DNA of 64,000 nucleotides from Oculina patagonica (Eukaryota): NCBI RefSeq assembly GCF_052425735.1, contig NC_135767.1, positions 6,820,001 to 6,884,000 of the forward strand, read 5' to 3'. Shown piece by piece: positions 12,701 to 24,749 of this stretch (position 1 is its first letter; each line of letters starts with the position of its first letter). The notes under the pieces were generated by a model. It saw only the letters and a program-made list of their open reading frames with translations, ran no database searches and was not told where the DNA came from. The position numbers and the translations under genes were made by a program.

Positions 12701-15221
12701 GGATAAACCAATTTACACGGGATCTATCTTCGATAAAATATCGTGATACTCGAGTAATTCATTCAGTTTAGACATCGAAATATCTGTTCTGTTTATTTAG
12801 GGGCATAGTTATTTTTGACAATTTGTTTAAAAAAAAGCATTCAACATAACATAAGTAAAGACAAGAAAACTCTTGAGTGTTCACTTCTATCTCAGTTTAG
12901 AGCCAGTTTTTCCAGACGATCTTCACTTCTATCTTAAGAAACATTTTCCAGACGAACAACTACAACTAGGATTTTATCAGACTAAATACAAAGGCAAATT
13001 TAGCTTACCAGACTGGTTATAACCAAGCACATGTTACAAGCAGCGACAATACTCTACAACAAGGTTACTTCTCATAAGCACGCGCAGACTTAAATCGAAC
13101 ACAATTGCATGTCACTGTAATTTTGTTCAACACTCCACTTCAAGTCTATACATGTTTCGTAATTTAAAGTGACCTGAGCAGAATGGCTTGAAATTGTTGA
13201 CATCTTGAAGTGATAATCCACAGCAATCATCATTTTGTTGAAGTGGTTCTAATAAACGAGACAGACAAATCTGACGGAATTTGAATTAGCCGTTTTAATT
13301 GAATGGTCAGTCCTCAATCCTTCCGCATAACGCATTGCCTTTAATGGTAACAGTACAGCCTATCGATCGATATCGATTTTTAGTTCCTAAAGTCAAAAAA
13401 TCATCGAAATGTTTCATCGAAATTTGCCGAAGCGTTAGTCGTATCTATTCTAAGCATCTAACCTTAGCACTCATGCCCACTTATTCGTCGTTTCCCGATA
13501 GCTCGCCGGCCCACTTCTGAGCCCAGAACTTTCCACAAGAAACTTAGAATTCTTCTGTACAAGCTAGAAACCATCTCCGAGTATTACAGAATCGACAATA
13601 CTGAGATTCTACTTCAGTATATCGCCAAATTGCCTTGTAGAACGGCGTGACACATTAGTAACCCACGAAAAAGAAGAGAGCCAATCAGGAACAGGCCTGT
13701 GTTTTCAAAACAAAAACATTGAACGGCTGCAAAGGTAAATGGGTGATAGTGGGCGTTTACGGCTAAACAAATATAAAACGAACAAAACCTGCAAAAGGCT
13801 GAATATTAAAATAACTTTACTTACTATTTGCCATTACCGAGAACTAGTCAGACCACTAAACGGAAACGCATAAAAGTTATGTAACAAATAAACTCTTAAG
13901 CTTGTTCTCAGGGCATCGTAGCTTGATTAAACATATAAAACTAACAGTGGTGATAAACATGGTAAAACAACGCATTTTTTTTTTTTTACTAAACTTGACG
14001 TTTCGCATGCTAAGCAACATACATTTTCAAAGTAACCGCTTCAATTTTTTAACGCGACCCCAATAATCCGAACGCAAGGAGTTTTGCAATGATTTTTAAC
14101 AGACTTCTCCCCAATTCCCTCGCGGCTTCGCAGGTCGACTCCGCCGTTCGCCGTAAACAAAGCACTCGATCGCGAATCCTGGCAGCTACGAAGGCTAGTA
14201 AACAACCGTCAGAATCAAGTGCAAGGAGTAGATCTTCATATGTATAAATATATATACATACATCACTTTTATTTACCCTCGGATTTGAAGAGTAGATCTC
14301 TCGCTTACCCGGCAAGTTACCGTAACAGGTCTGCAAAATGTTCTTGGCAACGACGCTGCACGTATCATTAAAATCAATGCATCATTGAAAAATAAAAAGA
14401 ACTGTAGAAACTTTACCCGGTTTAATAGTTAGAACACCGTTAGAAAATATTTGACCGGCAATTAAGCACTCTGATTAGTTGGTTTTAATAGCGAAGCGCG
14501 CAAAGTCTAAAAATAGAATGCAAATGAGAATAACCGCCACAAGGCTCAAAAAACATCAGCGTGTTCTGAGAGAAATAGAAGGAATCTAGGCGAATCTTTC
14601 GTTTTATTGAAGTGTTTTAGGAATAACGGCTGCTTTAGAAAGTGTTTTTGGAAAATCGTCCGCCATTTCGGTTTGTTTGTCTGAGTCTAACCTGAGTCGT
14701 GACGTCATTCGCGCGCTTCGCTATTATTGGCCCTCTTAGTCCTGTACCTAAACCCCAGTCCCTTTCGCACCCTATATTGGGGTTGAACCTGGCGCAAAAA
14801 GAGAGTCCAACCCTATATATAGGGCGCGGAAGGGACTGGGGTTCAGGGACTGGATTATGGTCCTCTCAGATGCTTGGTTGTTTGAAACCTGGTTTAGTGA
14901 CGCTATTGTGAAAGATTAAAGGTTCGTCGAAGCTTTCATTTCTCTTATATGCAAGTGATTTCTGTTAAGTTTTCTCCAGTTTTAAATTCCTCAAGGCCAA
15001 TGGCTACGCAAGGCATCTAAACGAAGTCAGTCAACAACAAAAATTATGGTATTTTCTTCTTGGATGTTGGCTGCTAACTCACATGGTGGTTGTTTTTTTC
15101 TTCAAGGGGAGGGGGCTCTTAGGTCTTAATTTTTGAGATTGGAAGAGATTGGGAGGGGTCTTAGGTCTAAAACCTTAGGTCTTAGCTCCATGGTCTCAGG
15201 TCTTAGCTTTTGAGACACCCA

Positions 15222-16200
15222 CTTTAGATCCATAGTGAAACTTTGGATCCGTAGTTAAGGCTTTGGATGCATAGTAAAAACTTTGGATCCGTAGTTAATA
15301 CTTTGGATGCTTAGTAAAATCTTTGGATCCGTAGTAGAAACTTTGATTCCTAGTAAAAACTTTGGATCCGTAGTAGAAACTAATCTCGTTCCCAGATCTC
15401 TTGTGGACGAAGCCGAAGGTGAGATCTGGTCAAATCCGATTCTACCACGTGATCGCCTGTCAGGAATGTGACAGGCCAGTTAAGAGCGCATGTCCGAAAG
15501 AAATTATTACCCGGGCGTATAAAACAAATATATCTTGAGCAACAACATTCGAATAACAAACACAAACACAAATTCCACGGACATTTTCTGACATTGTCTG
15601 ATGTATTTACAACTAAATAGTCAATTTGAGAAACTATAAAACAATAATAAGCTCGAGCAAATTTATTTTTGCCTTGTTTTCTGATGTATTTACGTCTTTA
15701 CAATCAATTTGAAAAACTATAAACAAAAAAAGCTCAAGCAAATATATTTTGACTTGTTTTCTGCTTTGCATTCGCCAGATATTTGTCCTGTTTAATTCAT
15801 ATATTCCCGCACGATGAAATGCGTCCCTATAAAAGAACGGAAACCGGGAAAACTTATCACTGAGTTGTTTTGTCCCGAGTTTGAAATTATTTCCAAGGCT
15901 GTTCTACTTCCTTCTGTTCGCATATGTATTTCCTCGGCACTGACTGTTTACTTACTTGCGGTTTGAAAGAATTCGAGGAGTAGAAATGGAGGAGGGGGTG
16001 ATCCCCTTCTTCCCCCCTCTCCCCCTCCCCCTCTCCCCCTCCCCCTCTCCCCCTCTCCCTTTTTACGCCTGCTACGCAGGTTATCACTTGACCAGATCTC
16101 GCCGTCGGCCTCGTCCACAAGAGATCTGGGAACGCGATTAGTAGAAACTATGGATCCGCAGTAAAAAACTCTGGATCTGTAGCAGAAACTTTGGATTCAG
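15222..16200 (+). repeat. 20-bp minisatellite (tagtaaaaactttggatccg)n interrupted by a TIR element
   Basis: About 8 units at 15222-15380 and about 3 at 16141-16200. Confidence 0.85.
15381..16140. mobile_element. Non-autonomous TIR transposon with 8-bp TSD (hAT-like)
   Basis: ~53-bp TIRs taatctcgttcccagatctcttgtggacga.../...tcgtccacaagagatctgggaacgcgatta; TSD gtagaaac at 15373-15380 and 16141-16148. Confidence 0.85.
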
Positions 16201-16709
16201 AGCCAAGCCGAGAGAACGCGTCTGCTGGTCCGCAGTCTGCATTTAGCATACGCCGTTACAATTAAAATACCCTACCAACTTGTGATGCTGATAACTAATC
16301 AAGAACGCGGTTAGGGTAATTCGCAGGTGAAAATAAAGCATTTTAATCAGTAACACCACTTATTTCGTTTACAATTTATTGTATATTGTTTATCGATAAC
16401 TTGGTCAAAGGCTGCGTTCTGCTGCTAGCCAAAGGCCATTTTCTTACAGTTTAATCCGCGATACGGTTATTATACAAGTTAAGTATCAGATAATGAAAAT
16501 CATTGGCTACCGGCTAGCCGGCTTGCTGATTACATTTTTTCCTGTTAATTTACATCTTTTTCTTCTTTTCTTTTTAAATCATTAATTTCCTTATTCGCAT
16601 TTATTTCTTTGTTATCATTAATCGATACAGGTTTGTTCGTTGGATTATTTGGTATGGTGGTGTACTGTTTCCATTATTTTGTAGCCTGCCTAAGCGGCTT
16701 GAACGTCAT

Positions 16710-19700
16710 TTAAAGGTTCTGCTGAGTATTCCTCAAGCAATTTTGATTACCTGGAAACAAAAGGACGTTTTGATTGCTAAGACCGTGTCGATGAACGTCG
16801 GCTGCAAGGATATTTTGCAGCTGTTCTACCCTAACTTGCCAGGTAAGCTGCTGGTTTGCAGGCTGGACATTATTTCCAATCACTGCAAAACTTTCTGTAT
16901 GCTGATCACTTGGGCGTACACAACAACCAGCGGTCCATAGTGAATTAGGAATTTTTACGGTGGGATTATTCCGTGGAATTCCCTTAATATCTTCTGCGAT
17001 AGACTGAGGGTTGCCCTGTTGTCCGCCAACGCGCATAAAGGAAGTGCCGGTTAAAAGATACAAAATTCCAGAATCCTGAACCTGCTGTCCCTGCTGCTGT
17101 ACCTGTGTGCATCGTCTTGCATACCCTCGTATCCTGTATTCAAACGTTTTCCACAGACCATTATTAAACTTGTTTTTCTGTGGAACATGGTTTGTGTACG
17201 TGAAAGTGGAAGCATAACGCTGAGCGTTATTTGAGAAAATATTTGCTGGGGCCAGGTGACCTCGTATCTCTTGTTTCCGACCATTGTATAAAGCATCACT
17301 TCCTTGTGGCTGGACACCTTAAAATGAAAAAGTGAACGAAAGTAATTAAAAAAAAACTTTCCAAAAACAGTAGTTAAGTACAAAGTGGCCACATATGACG
17401 GACACAAAAAGATAAATGTTATAGTTTCATTTTTAGTGCGAAGTCCGTAGGACGAACAACTATTCATTTAGGTAAGAAGGGGGCATGATATTTAACGTAA
17501 GCATAAACTGGTAAATGTTATTTCTCATGAAAAACTGCTACTGCTACTGCGAAGAGAGAAAGAATGATTCAAGGCCAATCGTGTAAAAAATATTCTATTT
17601 CAAACAGAAACGGGCGAAAAATATTTGAGAATGAAACGTGGGGACGCCTTTTATTTAAAAAAACGGGAAAAACAAAATTTCGTTTCCAAATCAAAACGGA
17701 TACTTGTGGACGGGACCTAAACTGCACTACTGACAAGTCTAATTATAGTATTGTGCTTTTAGGCTGTTACAGAAGTTAACAAACTTTACCGTAAGAAGCC
17801 AGCATTTCTTTAAACCAATCACAAGTAGCACAGAAGTTAAAGGCGGTTGAGGATTCAAATTTGTCAGTATGAAGTTCGGCTATTGAAAATCGAGCTTAAA
17901 AAAGTATTAAATATAGCGGAGGGTATTTGACTGCAATGATAAAACTGTATCATTTTTCGACCTGGGCTTTATAGCAATTCTTCCTCTTTCTTTTTATGAG
18001 TACTTTTAACAATTGTGGTGCTAAACCCGGTTTTTTCCGGGATTTGAAGGAGCGGTCATTGAACCACCTGTCCATCTTGAATATCGACTGCATTCTGTCA
18101 AAGCTAATCAAAAAAAAAAACATGATCAGATTTTGGTGCAAAATTGGTGGTAAAACAGGGCAATATACTTGTACTTGATCAAGGTCTCATTTCCAGGGTT
18201 TACAATTGATTAACACCAAAACCTTTCCAGCCAGTAGAAGGGATGCACAGAGTGGAAGGTAGCGAGAATTAGAAGACAGAGGAAAAAGAAAAAAGCAATG
18301 GGGGCAAGAAAAAAAAAATCGGTACGGGTCGGCCAAAAAAGTCCACATTTTGGCTTATGCGCATGCGCCAAAGTAAAATATTGTATACAGACATGGCCTC
18401 TACATCAAAATCTTGTTGCAGTGTGAAAAAGTGCTTTTTAGCAATGTTAAGAGAAATCGCATCGTACCACCAAAAAAAATAATATGACGGTTAAAAAAAC
18501 CCCGATTTTTCGAGTAAATTCACCGATTAAAGGGTTGAATTAAAGGAAACCTCAACAAAAATAATCGTTTTCTTTGCAACTATTTGATGGAAATACCAGC
18601 ATAACGCTTTCTCGTTATCCTACTTACTTTCAATTCCGGTATTCCAGTAATGGAGTACCACAATAGGTCTACTACCTTATTATAGGAATATAAGGAAGCA
18701 TTTTAACAACGCGAACAAAATTTACGCGTAATAAAATTAACGCGAATTTAAGAAAAGTTCTGGTTAGATGCTTAAAGTAAACGTGTTAACATAATTTCCT
18801 ATAATAAGGTATTTATTTTGAAAATAATTAAGGGAATGTTAAAAGCGCTACCCGGCCCTGCTCTCATGTCTTCAATTACAATACTTATTACTTGTGTATG
18901 TTTAATTACTTATATATGTTTACACGAATTTTTTTCTTTCAAGTAACATACATAACAAAATCAACCAAGAATGAAAATCAAAGCCGGTAAGTTATGTTTA
19001 TGAAAAGACGAGCTCCTAGAACTCATTTCATCCTGCAGTTACAACTGTTTTTGTTCAGTATAAAAAGTGGCGACCAAAAACTGACTGAAGAAATTTAAAA
19101 CACTAACCCTTACACAAAAAGGAACTTTATCTTAAGGAAGACTTTTTTGTGCTTATTTAAATAAATTACCTGGGGTTTGTGTCCATTGTACGACACCATA
19201 TTTTCTGCCTCCTGGAAAGTATGCGTTTGCCTGTGTCAATTTGTAGGCTGAAAAAACCGCAATTCCATAACGTTCGTCGAACATGGTAGCGTAGAAGGTC
19301 TGCTGAACCTGCTGATTCGGTGGTTGGCAGATGTATTTTAAATTATCGTTGCCAGTGCGCAAACCTTCTGGTTGTCGTCCGCCCACAAAAAATTGTGCGT
19401 AGCATGGTCGTTCATAAGGATACTGAATCATTCTTCGGATCTCTGTGCCATCTTGGTTGCAGTCATCTCTAGTGTTGTTCTTACTGCTTAGCGTACGACC
19501 ACTGCTACCTAGTTGACAAATAAAAAGTAAATACAGTTACTCGACACCCCGCTTACTCGAACTGTTATTCGTTTCCCTTCAGAGTTCGAGTTACCGGGGT
19601 CCTACTGTAATATGTTTTCAATATCTTTCGTACACGCAGTGTTGCAATCAGTTACGACTGTGTTCTCTTTTGTGGTCACGCCATTTACCATTAGAAGATG

Positions 19701-21766
19701 GGAACTAGTAGCAAATACACCGGCGTAACAAATACCAAGCAAGCGCGGGAAAACGTGCATGGCTTCACAGCACATGCTCCACGTCCAAAACAAAAAGAGG
19801 GGGGGGGGGGGGCTTGATAATTGTCATATAAAATAGAGCCTTTTCTTTAGGTGAAGTCTGCAAATACTGGGAATTTCGATAGAAATGTCGAGCAAAAACG
19901 AAGTAGTAAGTGTAGATGGAAAACTTTTCTTATATTCCCTTTTCTTCATTATGTAGATATAGCGTCCCTTGTTCAAGGGAGGGGACTAATGAGAAATTAC
20001 CCTTTATGAAAATAAATTGAGAACCTTCCTGTCTAGTGTAAAACATTTTCAAGCACCTCCCCTCCACAGTCCTCTGAAAATTTAGGTACCCCTGATTTGA
20101 CAGTGGTATTAATTAGTTGACAGGCCTACACTACTCCTATATTTACATATCCATATTTATTATATAAACTTCAGTGAAATACCAGGAAATCTTTCACGCG
20201 AAAAACTCATATCTTCACACGTGAAAATAACATATTATTTTCACATATGAAGATATCGATTTCGAAACATTTTCTGACAAGTTTGCCCTGTTTCAATGCT
20301 GAATAAGCCAAAGTAAATCAATATTAAGTCGAAACATCTTCGGATCTTCCTCGGTAATCTTCGGAAATTTTCGGAAAAGTTCGGAAAATGTTCAGAAACA
20401 TTTGTACGACCTTCGGACAACATTTTGCAAATCTTCGGAAATCTTCCGAAAATAGTCGGCAATCTTCGAAAAATTGTCAAAAACATCCTAATTAGTAGGT
20501 TTATATAATAAACAGAATATTACATGGTTGCTTGGAGATATGAAATTTATCTTCTCGTGTTCAAATTGATATCCCACTCGTTCGCTGCGCTCACTCGTGA
20601 GATATCGATTTGAACACTCGAAGATAAATTTCATATCTCCGCGCAACCATGTAATATCCTCTATGTAATAGCCAATTTAGAGATTCGCTTTCAAATTCAT
20701 ATTTCACATATGCTTTTCATTGCAAATATTGTAATTTCAGGGTAATTTGTGTTAAGAAAGTTGTCAGATGTCAGAAAGGATGATAAGATCGTAACACACG
20801 GCTCATTTGCCAGTTCTACATAAATTTTGGCTGTTTACCAGTTGTCAGAAAACTTCCACCAAACCGTACTCTTTTGTTGGAGAAAGTAAATGTTTCAGGT
20901 AAAGAAGATTTATTGCCATTCTTTTTTAATTTCATCAAGTTGAGGGGAAACAAAAATCATTGAAAAAGATTGAAATTTGAAAACATGGATATTTTCAAAG
21001 ATGATCTAAAAGGGAGCAGGATCATTGTCAGTTGTCAGTGAAATTTTATCATTTGGCAGAAGTCGGTTAAAATTTTTGACCGTTTAACTCAGTAAAATTA
21101 AATTAAATTATTTTGATCTTTTGCCATGAGTTGTATCTTAAAAATTTCGCCTTTCAGTTTCAGTCAAACGTATTTTTCACCATCGCCAGTCGTCAGTAAC
21201 GATTTTGAGTCCTAGACGCGATCATTTTTTAAGTGAGCGTTTCATAAAAAAGACGTTTCTAGTCATGAGAGCTGTTCGAAATACTTTTGCGATGTTACAT
21301 GACGGGACGGATGGATTTTTAATGGAACGGCTAAAATTGCATTTTTATTCAAGAAACAAACCGGCCAATAATTATTGCATCTAGGAAAGTGGATTTTCTG
21401 TCCACTTTCTATTGACCTTTGAATTTGGAACGTCAAATCCTGTCTGATATGTTCATGCCAAGAGAATGTTCATGCACACATGTCAAAAAAAATTAACACG
21501 ACTGACAACAAGAAACAACTAAAGGCTTAAACAAAATTACAAGCTTATAACTTCTCGTGATTAAAATCTTCGGTATCCAGACAACGTTTTTTCTTTGCGA
21601 ACCTTGGTTGTGTGCAGATTGGGACTTGTGTTGTGCAAAATAAGTTACGTTCTCTTTACTTACCACTCTCGTTCTTCTCCATAGATATTCCTTCAGCCTC
21701 AGCACTGAACGTCATCAGTACAATAATAAGCAGAGAGGGTAAAATCTTCGCAACAAACGCTTCCAT
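16710..21766 (-). CDS. Secreted DNA/RNA non-specific endonuclease, ENDOD1-like (paralog L), 3 exons, ~349 aa
   Basis: Exons 21766-21664 (signal peptide MEAFVAKILPSLLIIVLMTFSAEA, nearest leader cassette), 19508-19170 and 17317-16710. All junctions are GT-AG phase 1 and the frame is continuous. Contains RGHLAP...TYTNHVPQKNKFNNGLWKTFE, matching the NucA/EndoG-family RGH...N.PQ...N...W...E motif, plus YATMFD, YLLTGT and IPNSLWTAGCC. Confidence 0.88.
19534..19607. mobile_element. 74-bp TA-flanked MITE next to the exon 2 acceptor of nuclease L
   Basis: TA-cagt...actg-TA with ctcgaac motifs. Absent from the paralogous intron at ~36465. Same family as 62164-62345. Confidence 0.75.
20150..20665. repeat. 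Interspersed repeat with ttcggaa-rich tract and 140-bp terminal palindrome
   Basis: Hairpin 20517-20657 (atattacatggttgc...gcaaccatgtaatat). Similar ccgaa/ttcgg tracts at 37680-37800 and 50320-50400. Confidence 0.65.
21664..21766 (-). CDS. Leader exon cassette A (signal peptide; proximal first exon of nuclease L)
   Basis: MEAFVAKILPSLLIIVLMTFSAEAEGISMEKNES+G, 103 nt, donor gtaagt; joins exon 19508 in frame. Confidence 0.85.
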
Positions 21767-21894
21767 CCCAAAAAAGAGCAAGTTGTAAACACCGCGCCAA
21801 CAATGAATTTAAGAGAAAGCAAACCTTTTATTCACAGCCAAAGCAGAATGGCGAAAATTTGCCTGTTAAAAATTAACTTATTCTCAGAAAATTT

Positions 21895-21945
21895 TTCAAG
21901 AATTTTGCCGATTGACTAGATTGTCCAATCACGAGGCAGGATTAA
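21895..21945 (-). promoter_or_regulatory. CCAAT-box-containing module repeated upstream of every leader cassette
   Basis: gaattttgccgattgactagattgtccaatcacg-like block, with CCAAT/ATTGG at 21925, 23752, 24957, 27087, 30018, 32097 and 34774, i.e. 150-210 bp upstream of each ATG. Extra copies near 415, 22125, 25145 and 31857. Promoter function is inferred. Confidence 0.45.
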
Positions 21946-23497
21946 ATGTGTTGACATGCATCGAGAAATATTCAACCTGGGGCACTTAACTGTTGAGAAA
22001 TTTAAAATATTTTTTTCTCATGTGGAATTGGTTAGATCAGAAATGATCAACGTTAGTAATAAGTAAAAAATTTAACTTATTCTCAGAAAATTTTCCAAGA
22101 ATTTTGCCGATTGACTAGATTGCCCAATCACGCGGCAGAATTATGTGTTGACATACATTGATAAATATTAAAACCTGGGGCACTTAACTGTTGAGAAATT
22201 CAAAGTATTTTTTCTAATTTGAATTTGGTAAGATAAGAAATGAAAAACCTTAGTGAAATCCCTTAAAACTTAAAAAAAACTTTATTATGTTTCAATTCCT
22301 TTAAGGCCAAAGAGTTATGAGAATCTGTGGAGCCTATATCAAAAACATCTTACCAAATGGAGGCAGGTTAAACAACATTGGACCTTAATAAACGGACAAA
22401 GAAACCTTTTGAGATATTAAATTTCAAGGAAAAATGGATCTTCGAGGAGCTTCGCGAAAATATATTTTCTGTCTAGCAATCGGTTTTCACACAAGAAATG
22501 AGATTTTTTGATACATCGTGGTTCCCAAATATCTTCTTTCTCAGACATCCAGAAAGGTTCCAGTTTAGTGGGGAAATTATTCTTAGCAACTTAAAATGTT
22601 TCAGGTATATCCGATCCGATAGATCTAGAAAATAGGTTTTAATCTTCCGACTAATCGAAATACCCAGGTCTCTATGAGAATTATGTTTAAATCTCAGTTG
22701 AAATGAAGGAAATTGCGTTTTTAACATCTTACAACCAAATGGGAGCAGGTTGTACTTTGTTCGACTTCAAACAATGGACAAGAAATATCTTTTACGTGAT
22801 TTGATAACAAGTGTGGGAGGAATTTCTAAGGAGCTTCTGAGAAAGCGTATTTTCTTTCAATTTTCTACTAACAAACTTAATCTTGCTTTTTGATATGTTC
22901 AGACTTTTATAAAGAAAAAGAAAAATCAGTTTTATGTCCTTGATAGGTTAACTCATTTGAAATCTAATTAATAATCACAAACGAAATTAACACATACAAT
23001 AAACCCAACCGAATAAATTAAGTTCGACATATATACTTGTCTATTGTTCTTATTTTCGAGAATAAACAATTTTATCAAATTTGACATAAGCGTTTCTAAA
23101 TCTTCCCATTGTAAACTTGACTGTTTTATCACACAGGCTATCTATTTGCTCGAGGACGGTTATTTTTTTAGACATTCAAAATATGGTCTACTTGTCTAAT
23201 CAAGGAAGCTTCTTACTTCCACTTCTGTCAGATTATGCACATTTTAAAGAAAAAAAATATTTTGGCGCGCCTTTGCTAACGCCGTTCCTCATTATCACTG
23301 ATTTAAACTCTAACATTAACAATCCAACTGAGATATATTTAAAGTACATTTAAACTCGACAACATGGCAATTGAAAATAACTTAAATTTGAACAAAATTT
23401 GGTAAAAACAGGTATCTAGATACAGTTTTTCGTTATAGTGGGTTAATTATGTGCTGGTAGATTCTTGTATCATACAAGATAAGTTTTTGTCTCTTAC

Positions 23498-23590
23498 CAT
23501 TCTTGTTTCCAAGTCTTTCAGCCACAACACTGGCATCATGAGTACAATAACAAGCAGAGAGGGTAAAATCTTCACAACGAACGTTTCCAT
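23498..23590 (-). pseudogene. Leader exon cassette B, frameshifted
   Basis: 93 nt instead of 94 (ATG ATG -CC AGT vs ATG ATG TCC AGT in copy D). Splicing to exon 2 would read GTA GCA GTG GTC GTA CGC TAA. Confidence 0.75.
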
Positions 23591-24646
23591 CTCAAATTTG
23601 AGAAAGTGCCGGATAAAGCAGTTCCAACACAGAATTCAAGGAGAGGCAAGCCTGCAAATCCCAGCTAAGGCACAATAGGGCAAATTTACTTTATTAAAAA
23701 TTACGTTTTGCCCAGAGATGTTTCGAGAATTTTGACGATTGAATAGATTGTCCAATTACGCGTTAGGATTATGTCATCGTTAAATTTCATCTGGAGTACT
23801 TCACTGTTCAAACATGCAAAATATTTCATCTAATGTGGAACTGACTTGATCAGAAATGATGAACGTTTGTGAAATCCCTTAAAACCTCTAAGGAAGAGCG
23901 GTTTTTAAGTTTTTGAAAACATTGAAATTTTCTAAGATGATCTGAAAGGGAGCAGTATCTGATCATTACCATTTGCCAGTAGTCAGTTTAAATTATGATC
24001 GTTCATCTCAGTTAGGAATTAAATTCTTTTGATCTTTTGCCATTAGTTGTCAGTTGAATTTTTCGTCTTTCAGATGTCAGTCAAACGTATTTTTTACTAT
24101 CGCCAGTTGTCAATAACGATTTTGAGTCATGAACACGATCATTTTTTAAGTGAGCTTTTCATAAAAATGGTTTCTAGTCAGAGCTGTTCGAAATAAAAAT
24201 ATCATAGTTTCAATGTTCCTTGACGGCCGCGGGACGAATGGATTTTTAATGGAACGGCTAAAATTGCAATTTTATTCAAGAAACAAAGTGGCCACCGCAT
24301 TAAGGGTAAAAACAAGCTGTTTACTGCGATGGACTTAAATACGAAAATACAAAATAATTGTTGCATGTGGAAAACTTAAGTGGATTTTCTGTCCACTTTC
24401 TATTGACCTTTGAATTTGGAACGTCAAATCCTGTCTCATATAATCATGCAAATGTTAAAAAAGAAAATTAATGACTGGTAACAGAAAACAACTAAAGACT
24501 TGAACAAAATTACAAGCTTATAACTTCTGATGACTAAAATCGTCGGTATCCAGACACCGTTTTTTCTTTGTCAAACTTGGTTGTGTGAAAGCTTGTGCAG
24601 ATAGGGTCTTGTGTTGTGCGAAATAAGTTTCGTTCTCTTTACTTAC

Positions 24647-24749
24647 CACTCTCGTTCTTCTCCATGGATACTCTCTCAGCCTCAGCACTAAACGTCATCA
24701 GTACAATAATCAGGAGAGAGGGCAAAATCTTCCCAACAAACGCTTCCAT
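24647..24749 (-). CDS. Leader exon cassette C (candidate alternative first exon)
   Basis: MEAFVGKILPSLLIIVLMTFSAEAERVSMEKNES+G, 103 nt, donor gtaagt, phase 1. Confidence 0.65.

Noticed and set aside
13004-13075. Another leader exon on the minus strand ending in gtaagc
   Set aside because: The frame from the nearby ATG hits a stop, and there is no similarity to cassettes A-G.
15222-15380. CRISPR-like array
   Set aside because: Contiguous 20-bp units with no unique spacers, in eukaryotic context with no cas genes; it is a minisatellite.
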